DNA of 62,496 bases, counting the filler, from Globobulimina sp. (Eukaryota): NCBI GenBank assembly GCA_003354225.1. It is 12 parts of 12 records of this genome, joined end to end, with 100 filler letters (N's around TTAATTAATTAA, not from the genome) between each part and the next. Parts side by side here need not be neighbours in the genome. Positions count along the whole stretch, not along the records: positions 1 to 5,123 come from PIVH01000711.1; positions 5,224 to 10,346 come from PIVH01000712.1; positions 10,447 to 15,567 come from PIVH01000713.1; 9 more parts are not named here. The stretch is one strand, 5' to 3'. Each line of letters starts with the position of its first letter. Positions within the stretch are counted from its first letter, which is position 1. The notes beneath the pieces are model-generated. The model was not told the origin of the DNA and ran no database searches. It was given only the letters and a program-made list of their open reading frames with translations. Below, one piece after another: positions 1 through 10,699 of this stretch. The position numbers were made by a program, and so were the translations under genes.

Positions 1-1732
1 TCCACTGATTTGGCATTGGTTGGAAAATTGAATGTAAAGTCAATGCTTGGATAATAATATGTTAATTGATAGATTACGGGGACCATTAAGGCGTAAATCA
101 ACAATGGAACAATGCATTTGTATGGCCAGCGAGTGGTATATTGTGCTAATTTGAAGTAACAATTTTTCCGAACTTCAGGTTCTTGTTCTTCCTCATTTTC
201 ATAGTTTTGTTGATGGTCATTCATATCATCGATTCCCAATGGTAACATTTCTATGTCATCTATAAATTTAATATGGTTTTGTTTCTGTAAAAGCTGTGAA
301 GAAATATCAAAATTAAAAATGTTTTAACTGTTTTTAGCTTCCGGAATGTGATCAACTTTCACAATATTAAAGTTTGAATTTGCTTTAAGTGTCGGGATAC
401 TTTCATTGATCACTAATAAATTTTCATTGTTTTGCATTCTGACTTCCAACCCATAATTTTTGTATTTGTTACATTTACCACAGCGGCACAAGTTTGCGAC
501 ACATCTCACTAAGCACGACGGGAATGCTTCCAATTTACCGAAACAGTTTGGAAATAGTAGTATGATGGAAGAGGACATTGATATATTCACTAAAATGCAA
601 ATAAAGATAGAGACCGCTGCGCCATATCCGACAGTTTCCATGCCAGCGATTGGAAACAGCACAAGAGCCAAATAGCAAACCATCAATACGACGCCCGATA
701 AACATACAACATGACCTGAATATTTTATCATTCCTTTAACTGAGTCATCCACAGAGTTTCCAGTGCTTCTTTCTTGGGCAAATCTTGACAATAAAAACAT
801 GGAATAGTCGATACTTAAAGCCATAGATAAAAATATCATAATACTGGGAGCAGTGGGATTTACTTTCAATAAATAAACAGTAAAAGGATAAAATATACCA
901 AACGATATAAGTATAGTCATTGCCAATGCGATGGCGGGAAGAAGCACTAATTTCCACGATCCAATCTAATATTTTAATATCTTATATATGGCCGTTATAA
1001 CTGTGCAGTACATACCATATATATCATAAAACAAAAGATGACTGGCAAAATAACTATATCTTTCGAGGTCATATCTTGTGAGATTGCATCCATACATTCT
1101 TGGAATATGGTGATTCCACCGGTTAATACAATATGATATTCATTATAATGTGAATTAATTTCATTTAACTCAGCTTTCACTGCGTCAATGAATCCATTTA
1201 ATGTTTGTGTAGATGCCCCATTGATATTGGATTGAATGTATATTAACATGACATCTTGTGAGGTATCGATGTATTTTGGTTTCTTAGCCATATCAATAAA
1301 AGATTGCACACTGTAATTTTTGCCTTGAACTGCGATTATATCATTGGAAATGTTTGCTGTCGAATAATATGACTGTATGTCCATTAATAAATTGTAATGT
1401 GGATTTACGTTGTTCCAAATTGAGTCATTGATCATTTTGTAGATTTGAGCAGAATCTCTATTTATTATCGTATGCGTTTCATTCACTCTCCATTTTGCTT
1501 GAACTAATATAACCTCAGTGTCAATGAATAAAAATTGTGGAAAGTATTTGTGCATTTCATTGTAGGCGATGTCACTTTCACTTCCTGAGGGCGGTAAAAA
1601 TTGAAACACTGTTTGATTCGGTAAATCTAAACCATAAAAACAGGATATCACAGCGAGTGTAGTCCAAAATATTATGATAAAGACTTTAAAACGTTTGATG
1701 AATCGAAATAGAACTTCAGCAAAATCAACCAT
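1..1732 (-). CDS. MMPL/RND-family multi-pass membrane transporter, 3'-truncated, intron-containing
   Basis: Likely ATG 1732 (MVDFAEVL). TM1, luminal loop, LTGG, then a TM bundle with the MMPL motif ALSIDYSMFLLSRFAQE. GT-AG intron 966-1015 joins FMIYM|IGSWKLVLLPAI. A second intron ends at CAG ~294 (donor uncertain), after which the frame is open to the contig end (YFKLAQYTTRWPYKCIVPLLIY, start of the second MMPL repeat). Confidence 0.8.
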
Positions 1733-1785
1733 GCTTTCGTTTCTACGGTAAAAATCAACTAAGTAAAAAGTTTTATAGTCTTGCA

Positions 1786-4700
1786 ATGTTTACGATGCAG
1801 TATTTCTTATTGACGTTAATTGTAATTACAATCGCGACTAAAGATTCCTTGATGGACCCAGAGAAATACGTAAAAATATACTCTCAATGCGACCCAACAC
1901 CAGATAGCACCATTCATAAAAACAATGGATTATATTATATTAAACCCTCAGTCGACGGCATGATAATTCCAGTGATATGTTCCAACGGCTATACAATGAT
2001 TGATTTATCATTAGACACAAATTTAAAATCAATCCCAACCTACTTATCCTCATATGATTACAGTCGCGTTTCCATCGATTATATTATCCCCAATTTAGAT
2101 GATACCGCCACATTTCGTGAATGGTGGTTACCTTCTGATAAAAATACAAAATTCCGCATTGCAAAAGATTGCAAATCTTGTCTCGATTCAAGAGATCCAT
2201 TGCTATCAAACAATGTCGTATATTATACGGATTCGTCTCTATTTTGCTACACATCATACATTGGCAACAATGCCTGTTTGGACGCAGTCAACGCATATTC
2301 CTGCAACATATGCGATGTCGGCATCTTTACGCAAACTGCAAATGATATAAACAACGACCAATATTGGCGTCAATGCAGTGCCTTACAAGCCTCTCCTGAC
2401 ACTCCCTCGTGGCATGAACCACAAATGAGAGTGAATCACCATTTGATATATCGACCAGTAATGAGCTTACAACGTAGTGCCTGTAGCTGCTATCAACAAG
2501 AAAGCAAAAACAAAAACGAAATATTAAAAGAATATATCATCGCAAAGAGTGAGTTGCCGCTTGTAACATATGGCACAAATAATATTAAAGCTGGTGCAGA
2601 GCTCATGGAGAATATCCAATATATCGATGATAGCATACAATTTCAGGATATTCATGTCGCGGATGACGAGTCTGCAGACAATGATATGTTAAACAAGTGT
2701 GCTGAAAATAAAATATATTTGACTCAAAATGATTTCTTAACCGGTACTTATCGCATCCGCGACTGTGGAGAATATATATTTACTCAGGATATTATCTGCA
2801 ATTTCAATGCCCCGACACATGAACAAGAATTAGATTTGGATTTCAGTCCCAATTCAATTGACAACGAAGCGAATGAATTATATTGGTTTCCAACACGCGA
2901 ACAAGCCTCAAAAGATAATTCCTATCCGGGTTTGTATGATTTTATTGGCTCGTTTTCGTTGGGCTTTTTTAGTGGGATCACGGTCGAAACTGATGATGTA
3001 ATTATTAATTTAAACGGCTTTACCTTTTCAATGCATAAAAAGTTTTATGTACAGCAACGTTTTTTTAGTTTAATTGAAATGGCGTCGAAAATGTTTGAAC
3101 CGTTACAAGGACCGACTGCGTGGGGGCTATATAACGAATATTATGCAAAGAATTTAGAAATCAAAGGACCGGGTACTTTAGCGACCTCATCGCATCATGC
3201 AATCCATGGCAATTTGGCTCAAAATGTCTATATTCATGACTTAAATATTAAAAATTTTGATGTGGCAGGAATTTCTTGCAATGGATGTTCATTTTTAACC
3301 ATTGAAAATGTAGTGGTTGGGCCTCAAAACAAAAATATACCCACTTTAGGTCGCTATACGCATGCAAGGGCATTCTTACCTCGCTTGAAACATCTAAACG
3401 ATAAATTTGGCGATGAATTTATTACATTTTATAACCGAAATCCAATACAAATATCACAATTATGTTCCCGAATGGTGCAAGAAATGGATATGATTTATTT
3501 TAATTATATAAATAACAAACAATATGACGATATTAGTAATTTGGAATGGATTGCAGCCAAGAAAATATTCCTGAATCCGAGCGGTTGGATGGATGGTGGC
3601 AGTTCGTATGGAATAACCATCAATGGGCGCGGCGCCGCTGTGGTTGGCATTGGTGTACGTACCGACTCCGTGAATAATATTATTTTGCGCAATGTAGAAA
3701 TATTTGGTATTTACAACGAAGCAAAGGAGAAAATAAAGTATCAGCTACCTGCTGCCGACGAGAAAAATAATGGCCAAGAGGCCACGACTCGGGGCATATT
3801 ATTTGATGCCATCGATTGGATTGCAGTCAGTGATCAGATTGAGGACCGAATGAAGAGCCAATATGTTGGTGATTGTTATACCGACATTCAATTTGCGGCA
3901 GCAAAGTTTGTTGATTCTTGGTACTTTCGTAATTCTTATTTTGTTGGACAAAGCAACATTGATTATGTGTTCAAAGGGAATAATCTGGAAACTGACTATC
4001 CATTTTTAAAGATATTGCCACAGCGAAATGAAAACGATTATTACGAGGATGTCATTACACGGTCATGCGGCACTGACATACAACTCCATTCCTCCAAAGG
4101 TGCCATTGGTTTAATGATTAATGGAGCGCAAGATTCAATAATCGATGATGTTTTTATTCATGATATTTATAATTTTGCTGCGTTGGGTTCAACCATTTGT
4201 GGACCGTACGATGTATTGCATATTACCTTTGAAGATATTGATATTCAAAAAGGATACACAGCGACGAGAGCACATGGTTTGGTGATTGATTTTGCGAGCG
4301 GTGAATTTACGAATATTCATATTGATAATATTCAATCTAAAAATGGCGAAGCAAATGGTTTTACAATTTATAAAGGATCGGATGTGCAATTATTAAATAT
4401 TAATGTAGAGAATGTCTATGCTGGCACAGAATTAACAGAGGAGGATGTAAATCAATTAGTTTTACCAAATTATGTACCGAGAGCATGTTCTATTGATATT
4501 CATGAAAATGCACAAGTTGAATATGTAACAGGTACGATGTCCGACAATTTAGTATTTGGAAATATTGATGGATTTATTGTTTGTGATCCATTTAATGATG
4601 AAAGTGATAGTAATGATGGAGGAATATTGAGCTCAAATACAGTTTTATTTGGATTGGTAATGAGTATATTTGTTTTTTTGATGATAATTATTTATTGGAA

Positions 4701-4788
4701 TCGTAAACCAATATTCAAAACAAACAAAAAATTTTCTGAAAACACACCTTTATTAAACAAAAATAATGATATCGAAATTACTCCGTAA
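1786..4788 (+). CDS. Type I membrane protein: signal peptide, fibrinogen-like N-terminal motif, putative right-handed beta-helix, C-terminal TM and dileucine motif
   Basis: 1000-aa ORF; hydrophobic N-terminus; GLYYIKP..IPVICSNGYTMID; beta-helix-like repeats (NVYIHDLNIKNFDVAGISCNGCSFLTIENVVVG); TM VLFGLVMSIFVFLMIIIYW; ENTPLL tail. Confidence 0.7.
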   Translation: MFTMQYFLLTLIVITIATKDSLMDPEKYVKIYSQCDPTPDSTIHKNNGLYYIKPSVDGMIIPVICSNGYTMIDLSLDTNLKSIPTYLSSYDYSRVSIDYIIPNLDDTATFREWWLPSDKNTKFRIAKDCKSCLDSRDPLLSNNVVYYTDSSLFCYTSYIGNNACLDAVNAYSCNICDVGIFTQTANDINNDQYWRQCSALQASPDTPSWHEPQMRVNHHLIYRPVMSLQRSACSCYQQESKNKNEILKEYIIAKSELPLVTYGTNNIKAGAELMENIQYIDDSIQFQDIHVADDESADNDMLNKCAENKIYLTQNDFLTGTYRIRDCGEYIFTQDIICNFNAPTHEQELDLDFSPNSIDNEANELYWFPTREQASKDNSYPGLYDFIGSFSLGFFSGITVETDDVIINLNGFTFSMHKKFYVQQRFFSLIEMASKMFEPLQGPTAWGLYNEYYAKNLEIKGPGTLATSSHHAIHGNLAQNVYIHDLNIKNFDVAGISCNGCSFLTIENVVVGPQNKNIPTLGRYTHARAFLPRLKHLNDKFGDEFITFYNRNPIQISQLCSRMVQEMDMIYFNYINNKQYDDISNLEWIAAKKIFLNPSGWMDGGSSYGITINGRGAAVVGIGVRTDSVNNIILRNVEIFGIYNEAKEKIKYQLPAADEKNNGQEATTRGILFDAIDWIAVSDQIEDRMKSQYVGDCYTDIQFAAAKFVDSWYFRNSYFVGQSNIDYVFKGNNLETDYPFLKILPQRNENDYYEDVITRSCGTDIQLHSSKGAIGLMINGAQDSIIDDVFIHDIYNFAALGSTICGPYDVLHITFEDIDIQKGYTATRAHGLVIDFASGEFTNIHIDNIQSKNGEANGFTIYKGSDVQLLNINVENVYAGTELTEEDVNQLVLPNYVPRACSIDIHENAQVEYVTGTMSDNLVFGNIDGFIVCDPFNDESDSNDGGILSSNTVLFGLVMSIFVFLMIIIYWNRKPIFKTNKKFSENTPLLNKNNDIEITP

Positions 4789-5123
4789 TGGATTGTAAAT
4801 ATTTTATGCTATTAATTATAGAACAACATTATTTTTTGTTTGTTTGCAGTATTTGATATTATAATGTAATTTGTTAATTTTATTATATCTATTTTATAAT
4901 TAATTTTAGATATTTTACTATTTTTATTATCTATATGTAATGATTTAATATTTGCATGTACTGTATAGTTTATCTATGGATTCAAGTCAGTAGAGTCTAG
5001 GTAGACAATAGGGTTTTTGCTTTTAGTTCATTTCTTCAATCAACATTTAAATTTTCTATTTTTACTAACATTTGAGTGCTTCACTTTGTAACTAAGTATG
5101 CTGACCATGGGCAATAACTCTTT

Positions 5124-5223
5124 NNNNNNNNNNNNNNNNNNNNNNNNNNNNNNNNNNNNNNNNNNNNTTAATTAATTAANNNNNNNNNNNNNNNNNNNNN
5201 NNNNNNNNNNNNNNNNNNNNNNN
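5124..5223. other. Artificial contig spacer (N44-TTAATTAATTAA-N44). Identical spacers at 10347-10446, 15568-15667, 20787-20886, 26006-26105, 31225-31324, 36442-36541, 41659-41758, 46871-46970, 52082-52181 and 57291-57390
   Basis: Eleven identical 100-nt blocks with stops in all six frames; the flanking segments decrease monotonically in length. Confidence 0.99.
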
Positions 5224-5224
5224 C

Positions 5225-6085
5225 TTGATAAATAGCGATAATGACGTTGTGAATGATGGCGCTGAGACTGTGAATGCGCTCTCTTTGTCTTTGGATTTGG
5301 CATTGACGGGCAATCAACGTGAATCACAATTATCTGCACTGAATTTACAATCAGCACGCATATATAATACAGCTGCTGATGATAGCTTGGCTCCATCCAA
5401 TGATAGCGATTTGCATATATTGGTGACTAAATTGAATGAAATGGAGGTGGACGTAGATGATGTGAATAGCACACAGAATTTGACTTTGATTGATACGCAA
5501 TTTACCAGATCACACTCGCAATCTGCGCACCCTCTATTAGAGAGCCCTGGTGGTGATGAGAAAAGGGTTTTTGATGAGAGTGAGTTACAGAATGAAGAAA
5601 AACAGTTTCGGGCCAGAGAACGGCAACGACAGAGTGGATATTTATCTTATCCTAATTCACAACCGTCTGTCCATTCTCATATTGACTCGCATGGCCAATC
5701 TGATTATCGTTCTGCAAAACAGATTGTTCAATCGTCACACAAATATAATACGCGATCACGTTCTAAACGTCGGCGAGAGCGTAAAGCGCGATATAAATTA
5801 GAATTGGTTGCTGCAGATGTACATAATACAAATGTACAACAAAGCAATATGCAGATGCATACACAGCAGATACAAACACATCCACAGCAGTCAGAAGAAG
5901 AACATATTAAATTGACCTATGCACAAAGACCTAAGCGCCAATTCCAGGATACACAAAGTATTACTCGTAGCTGGAAAAAAGCATCCGATGACTCCAGAAA
6001 GTTACGTCGTAGCCAGCGAATTGAAAATAAACATCAGCAATACCAACAGCAACAACATAAGCAAAAACATAATACATTTTCATGA
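5225..6085 (+). CDS. Putative ORF1 of the LINE (5'-truncated; basic, disordered, Gln-rich)
   Basis: Open from the contig edge; Arg-rich patches YNTRSRSKRRR and RKLRRSQRI; stop TGA overlaps the next ATG (ATGA 6082-6085); no CCHC knuckle visible. Confidence 0.6.
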   Translation: MINSDNDVVNDGAETVNALSLSLDLALTGNQRESQLSALNLQSARIYNTAADDSLAPSNDSDLHILVTKLNEMEVDVDDVNSTQNLTLIDTQFTRSHSQSAHPLLESPGGDEKRVFDESELQNEEKQFRARERQRQSGYLSYPNSQPSVHSHIDSHGQSDYRSAKQIVQSSHKYNTRSRSKRRRERKARYKLELVAADVHNTNVQQSNMQMHTQQIQTHPQQSEEEHIKLTYAQRPKRQFQDTQSITRSWKKASDDSRKLRRSQRIENKHQQYQQQQHKQKHNTFS

Positions 6086-6714
6086 TTTTTGATATTAATA
6101 TCTTTGTAATATATAACCATATACATTTTTTATGGTTTATAGTGTATATATTGCATTGTATCTTTTTTACACTAATTTATTTTTGTTTTAATCCATTATT
6201 TTTGACTTACTTCTTTAATGATTTTGTTATTTTTAATCTTATCTTCTTTTTTAATGCATTTGCCATTCTGATTATGGTTTTTATGGCATGTTTGTTTTTG
6301 ATTTTGTTTTTTCTAAAGTTTGTCCTTTGGTTTTTCAATATTTCTCTTTTTATTCTCTTTTCTAGTTTTTTTAGTCACATAATTTTAGATTTCCTTTTTT
6401 CATTATTTATAATCTTTATTTCTAAATTTCCTTTTTGCCATTTGATGTTTCATGCCAATATTCTTGATTTTTGTTATTTGCATTTGGTTTTGAGATACTT
6501 TCTTTATTTATTTTCTTTGATTACTTATCAAAATTCTTTACATTTCAAACAATCAGAAACTCGATCACATGTTTTAGTTATTTTTATCCTATGCTTCATT
6601 CTCGATTTATGCCTTATTTCCGATCTCGCAGTTTCTATTTATTTATGCTATATATTGGTGTTATTATGCTGTCATTTGTTTGTTTATCTGTATGGTATCC
6701 AATTTATTAAATGA
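6082..6714 (+). CDS. Putative hydrophobic multi-TM ORF between ORF1 and ORF2
   Basis: 210 stop-free codons rich in F/I/L; ATGA overlap at both ends (6082-6085 and 6711-6714). Could also be a T-rich spacer that is open by chance. Confidence 0.45.
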   Translation: MIFDINIFVIYNHIHFLWFIVYILHCIFFTLIYFCFNPLFLTYFFNDFVIFNLIFFFNAFAILIMVFMACLFLILFFLKFVLWFFNISLFILFSSFFSHIILDFLFSLFIIFISKFPFCHLMFHANILDFCYLHLVLRYFLYLFSLITYQNSLHFKQSETRSHVLVIFILCFILDLCLISDLAVSIYLCYILVLLCCHLFVYLYGIQFIK

Positions 6715-9700
6715 TGATGCAAAATAATCATAGAAAAGGTACATTTCCTCATATAATTGATAGCGACAAGATATTGGATCATATTGATTATAATTACTAT
6801 AATCATTCTTTGTCATTTATGTCTCTTAATATTAATGGGTTACTACACGCAGATTTAGGCCGAATTAATGATAAAAAGCTGTGTGTTTTACAAAGTATCA
6901 TTGATGAATTGGAGCCTACAATCATTGCATTGCAGGAGGTTTGCATTCATTATAAGTCAGATTTAGAACCACCACATATCGATGGATATTTTTGTAGCAT
7001 TAATGATGTCCCGTTATATGATATGCATTTGAAAAATGTTGTGTACATTAAAAATAATATGCGGGAATATGTAGATGTTGTCAGTCTTAATGATATGGAC
7101 AGAAAGCATATCATTCGTGATTTGGTAGATTTGTCAGCTTTGACACATGAAAATGGGCATTATTCTACGTGGTTTATCATACATCCCTCGCCCGTGTCAA
7201 ATGTAACTGAGTCTGTTTTGTTTGGATCTTATTATCGTTCGCCGAATCGATCTCTTTTGGTTTCGGACTTACAAATATTTAAATATACTCTTAGTTATAT
7301 TCTGCATCGATATAAACAAAGAGGATGGGATGGAAATTCATTGGTATATACAAATAAAATTATTCGTACCTTTATCTTTTGTGGGGATTTTAATATTCAT
7401 AATGAGCTATATTCGAAGATAAATCATCAACAATATAATAAAACAGACAGAATGGAATTTAAATGGTTGTCGCAAATTATTGAAGCAAAACATGTTTCTA
7501 TTGTCAATACACAGCGTATACCGACACATAACAAAGGTAATGTCCTTGATTTGCATTTGGTTTCTGATAAATTGATGAAGCATTGCAATAATTATGTGAT
7601 AAATTGTATAAATGATGATGATCCTATGCAACATATCTCTGATCATTATATTCTATTTTCGATCATCAATTTGGATGCTTGTCAGCATAAACGGTTTGAT
7701 TCGGTGAATTTGCATCAGTTTTCTGTAAATAATGTGAATTATCGTTTTAATAATCCGAAGCAACTGCATTTGTATAAGCTTCGTACAATTCGGGCTCTAC
7801 GGCACTTGGAACAACGTATTGATGCTTTGAATATCACAAATTATACAGACATTGATAAAATATCGCATGCATTCTATTGTTTGATCCACAAAAATGCGAC
7901 CAAATATATTGGCAAAATCAAGAAACGGACTTATCGATATCGTCAGCTTTGGTGCAATGATCATATAATTAATTATAGCAATCATGTGGCAAAAATCAAA
8001 CGTGATTGGTTGCAATGCGCAGATTTGTCATTGAAAGGCGAGTTGCGGGCTATATATAAAAAAGATAGAAACACATTGAAAAATATGTGTACACAAGCAA
8101 AGAAATATAAATTACGGCAAAATATACATTTAACTGTTAATGGTGGCCGAGATATACATAAATCGATGCGATACCTACGTAAAATTGGTAAAGTTACGAC
8201 ACGTAAACATCGTATTCCTTATCTAATACACAAAGATACGAGCACTGGATTGACGAATTTTGTTCATAATAATCATGAGAAGGCCAATCTATTTGCGCTC
8301 AAATTTTGTCATCGTGATCTATCTCATATTCGTTATAATCCATTGAATCGGATACAATTTAAGAACATTCCGCTGATGGATACTATTTATGATTGTAATA
8401 AGGTAATACATGATATCTCTCATAGATTGCCAGCAAATGGCATAAATAATCCCCGACTCATTCGTAATGATTATAGACATAAACGAGCCACAAATACTAG
8501 TTCGATATATTTAGTTCGATATATTTTGCGAATTATGAATAATAAATGCAATCACGGTGTTGGTATACACCTGCAATTGTTACTATATTTGGATCCGTAT
8601 ATTATACAATTTTTGGTGAAGTATTTAAATATCTTCTTTACGTTTGAATATTTGCCGAGGATACATAAAATAACATATATTTCGGCCATTTCTAAGCCTA
8701 AACGAGACCATCATTTTGTTGATAACTATCGGGAGATATCACTTAATGGATCAATCAAAAAGTTGTATGAATTATGTTTATTGTATAAGGGACTTGAATT
8801 TGTTATTGACTGTGATGTAATTCATCCAAATAACACAACCAATATGAAGGGAAAGTCGACGCGGGATATCGTTCTGTTAATGATAAATGATATTAAGCAG
8901 CAATGGAATCGACAGATTCCAACATATGCCATATTTTCTGACATCGCACAAGATTTTCCTTCGGTGAGATATGATATTTTGATCCAGCGTTTGTATCAAT
9001 ATTATGGCTTTCCGATGAAATATGTTCGGATAATGTATGATTTGTTGATAAATTGTTGGTGTGCAGTCGTGATAAATGGCATTCGATCTCAGTGGATGCT
9101 GCAACTCATTGGGTTGGGTCAGGGCCGCCCATTGAGTCCTTTTTTGAATATGCTTTATTTGGACCCGTTATACTATACGATTCCGAAATATCTGCCGTTG
9201 AAAATATATATATACGTCGATGACTTGGTAATGTGGACTGTAATGAAGGCGCTCTTTATGTATGATATTGAATATGGACTACAATATGCCATCGATAATG
9301 TTATTAATTGGTTGAGTCTGAATGGGATGAAATTATCTGAAAGAAAGACTAAATATATTGTCTTTTATACAAAACATATGGATAAGAAATATGTAGTTCC
9401 GCGACCACACATTCGATTGTATAAAATGGTGAAAATCAAACCTGAACAGTATGTTAAATATGTGGGATATTATCTAACTTATAATTTATCGCCGCGTATA
9501 CAAATTAATCACATGGTACAGCGAATGTATTTGGATTGTAAGAGTATACAAACTACGGCCAAATATATTGTTGGCTTCCCAATGAAGAAGCTCTTCCACT
9601 ATTTTTCGTCAGTTATACTATCTAAGATTGAGTATCCAGTGATTTTGTTTACGTGTATTAATAATAAAAATGACTTTTCTCCGTTGAAAAAGATGTATTA

Positions 9701-10346
9701 TCAAACTATAAAACTGTTATTTGGCGCAACCCGAACTATTCCGCATGATATCTTAATCATTTTGACTCCTTTTACACATTTTGAGGTGTTCATTGATATC
9801 AAATTGCTTCGTAATTGGGTGAATTTGCTATATTTACATGATCGTAATGTGCTATATACATTGATCAGAGATCATTGGTTACCACAATGGAATTCATATT
9901 TGTTATCGCCGCTAAATCGCCGTACACAGAAATCAAAATTGCGTTATATGCAGACGTACGACCGAAAGAATCCATTTTTCCAACTGTTTCTACTTGCGAT
10001 TAAGTATAATGTGTTGGATTCGATAAATTATAATTGGCGATTTGCGATGAATGAGTATGGCACAAAAATTAAATACATTCCATCCTTTGTGATTAAGCCA
10101 AAACATATACAATTTGTGTGTGGAATGTATACAGAAACACAACAAATTAATAACTGTCATTGCACTGTTTTTGGCTTTACCGATGGTTCAATCATTAAGA
10201 AATATGGCGGTGTTGGCATGTTGTTGGAAATACATCGCATTCACTGCCATTTTACACTGTGTTCCGCCGATATTGCTCTCCCTTATAACAAGCAACCAAA
10301 TGACATTGATATTGATACTTTAACTGATATGAAATTACAGTATGAT
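6711..10346 (+). CDS. LINE ORF2: AP endonuclease + reverse transcriptase + start of RNase H (3'-truncated)
   Basis: APE motifs SLNINGL, IALQEV, YYRSP, GDFNIH, LDLHLVS, SDHY. RT motifs YREISL, FSDIAQDFPSV, GLGQGRPLSP, YVDD, KYVG. RNase H-type FTDGS...GVG near the contig end. Confidence 0.95.
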
Positions 10347-10699
10347 NNNNNNNNNNNNNNNNNNNNNNNNNNNNNNNNNNNNNNNNNNNNTTAATTAATT
10401 AANNNNNNNNNNNNNNNNNNNNNNNNNNNNNNNNNNNNNNNNNNNNTTGAAAGTTGTAATGGATAAATACAATACTCACCAATTCTTTTACCCAATAATA
10501 ACCGCACACGTCCAACAAACATATTTCAGGGGTGCTGGATTATTAAAAAAATAGACCAGGGGTGAGCTCAAGGCGCTATATTCATTTTATCGACATATTT
10601 TGCTGTGGAAACTCGACTGTTGCAAACTAATAAACTATTAATACAACAAAAAAAACACTACTAATAAACATTAATAATTTATATTTTTAATTATTATTA

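Larger units (their letters stand above)
5224..10346 (+). mobile_element. Non-LTR retrotransposon (LINE, APE-RT-RNase H type), truncated at both contig ends
   Basis: An ORF1-like ORF, an intermediate hydrophobic ORF and an intronless APE/RT/RNase H ORF fill the whole contig. Confidence 0.92.

Noticed and set aside
5168-5179. Recurrent TTAATTAATTAA palindrome every ~5.2 kb
   Set aside because: Artificial six-frame-stop linker inside N runs; ORF ends such as XXXLIN are artefacts of it
6711-10346. Bacterial RT system (retron, DGR, group II intron, defence RT)
   Set aside because: An N-terminal APE plus C-terminal RNase H and an ORF1-like upstream ORF define a eukaryotic non-LTR element
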